DNA of 64,000 bases from a virus, in the IMG/VR virus record IMGVR_UViG_3300005688_000028, positions 27,634 to 91,633 of that record. One strand, 5' to 3'. A program made the position numbers and the translations under genes. The notes under the pieces are model-generated. The model did no database searches. It was given only the letters and a program-made list of their open reading frames with translations, and was not told the origin of the DNA. Positions 63,149 through 64,000 of this stretch are shown here, one piece after another (positions within the stretch are counted from its first letter, which is position 1; every line of letters begins with the position of its first letter).

Positions 63149-63186
63149 ACTCACAAGCGTCATTTGACGCTAAACAAGGAGAGAAT

Positions 63187-63516
63187 ATGTCAATCTATCG
63201 CCAAGGCGACGTGCTCATCATGCGCGTCGAGTCCATCCCCGCCGACACCATCGACATCACCCCGCAAGACGGCCCCATCGTTCTCGCCTATGGCGAGGTC
63301 ACGGGCCACTCTCACGCCTTCAGCCGCGGCGTGGTGGCGCTGCTCGAACGCGGCCCGCGTCGCTATCTTCGGGTGACCGAGGAAGCAACCATCGTGCATG
63401 AAGAGCATGACCCGATCACGCTCGCGCCTGGCCTCTACGAGACCAGAGACGCCAAGGGGCATGGTATCGTGCAGGTCGAGTACACCCCCACTGAACTCCG
63501 AATCGTGGGGGACTGA
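63187..63516 (+). CDS. Conserved phage protein (RQGDV / GE.TGH.H / HEEH family)
   Basis: Motifs; AAGGAG RBS; commonly paired with DUF6745-type gene. Confidence 0.8.
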   Translation: MSIYRQGDVLIMRVESIPADTIDITPQDGPIVLAYGEVTGHSHAFSRGVVALLERGPRRYLRVTEEATIVHEEHDPITLAPGLYETRDAKGHGIVQVEYTPTELRIVGD

Positions 63517-64000
63517 TGAAACGCATCGAACGTCTCACGGACGCTCAAAGGGCGACTTTCGAGCCTCATGCACAAAAGTGGATCGAGTGTGCGCTGAACA
63601 CACGTCCGATGGACGATACTGACCGTGCTCGGATGGTCGAGGCTATGGCTGGCCTCTATCGGGCAGCGGGCTTTGAGCCGCCGACGCGTTATGCCTTCGC
63701 GCCAAGCCCGGTGACCGGGGCGTTCGCTGCCACCATCGCTGCGGGTGTGTGGTGGCTTCGGGCAGGCGATCATCGGGTCGTTGACCTGTTCGGCCGCAAG
63801 CTCACCGATGTCGAGATCCAGTCCGCCACGGTCTTGGCTTGTTATGTGGTCGACCGACCATCATGCGCGGTCGACGGGGCGGTCGACGTGGCGGTCGACG
63901 GGGCGGTCTATGGGGCGGTCGACGGGGCGGTCCGCGGGGCGGTCTATGGGGCGGTCCGCGGGGCGGTCTATGGGGCGGTCGACGTGGCGGTCGACGGGGC
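63516..64000 (+). CDS. DUF6745-type protein with tetrapeptide repeats, partial
   Basis: MKRIERLTDAQ..KWIE.AL.T..D..LYRAAG..PP; AVDG/AVYG/AVRG repeats. Confidence 0.7.
   Translation, partial: MKRIERLTDAQRATFEPHAQKWIECALNTRPMDDTDRARMVEAMAGLYRAAGFEPPTRYAFAPSPVTGAFAATIAAGVWWLRAGDHRVVDLFGRKLTDVEIQSATVLACYVVDRPSCAVDGAVDVAVDGAVYGAVDGAVRGAVYGAVRGAVYGAVDVAVDG
63867..64000 (+). repeat. 12-bp coding tandem repeat GCGGTC-NNN-G(G/T)G, at least 11 units
   Basis: Direct reading; continues off the edge. Confidence 0.95.

Larger units (their letters stand above)
1..64000. mobile_element. Large temperate myovirus-type phage/prophage segment (extends beyond both edges)
   Basis: Terminase, portal, protease, capsid, sheath, tube, replication, cI/cro and recombination modules; no host housekeeping operon and no att boundary visible. 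Confidence 0.95.

Noticed and set aside
63867-64000. Possible CRISPR array
   Set aside because: 12-bp contiguous in-frame coding units with no spacers and no cas genes

Overview
The whole window is a ~70% GC segment of a large, apparently temperate, contractile-tailed (myovirus) phage or prophage. The host is probably a Myxococcota/delta-proteobacterium, inferred from a Myxococcales-type sigma70-region-4 protein and from SSB/DnaC style. Left to right it contains: a plus-strand accessory cluster (Bro-like antirepressors, DUF262, 1.2-6.5 kb); a minus-strand morphogenesis region with SPO1/Twort-like order (portal, prohead protease, scaffold, major capsid, neck proteins, sheath, tube, tail chaperone with a likely +1 frameshift); TerL/TerS interleaved with ThyX, GroES and a Nmad1-MazG fusion; a lambda-like replication module (initiator with internal iterons, DnaC); a cro/cI/ImmA switch with five TTAC-N7-GTAA operators; and a plus-strand recombination operon (putative annealase, SbcD, SbcC). 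Three observations stand out. (1) Four large genes between portal and protease share five copies of a ~130-aa module, each preceded by a predicted [LM]-x-K/[AG] maturation-protease site or close variant, and carry cargo including Dps, an iPPase-like domain, an N6 methyltransferase and a beta-clamp fragment. This looks like a modular virion-packaged ejection-protein system. (2) Three non-structural genes appear to be mosaics of degenerate fragments of the phage's own protease, portal, sheath and tube, and are candidate immune decoys. (3) A six-copy late-promoter motif, GAAAGCTCAC, appears to drive mostly leaderless transcripts. No integrase, tape measure, baseplate, tRNA or CRISPR array was seen. 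All family assignments are by eye from motifs and synteny; no searches were run.
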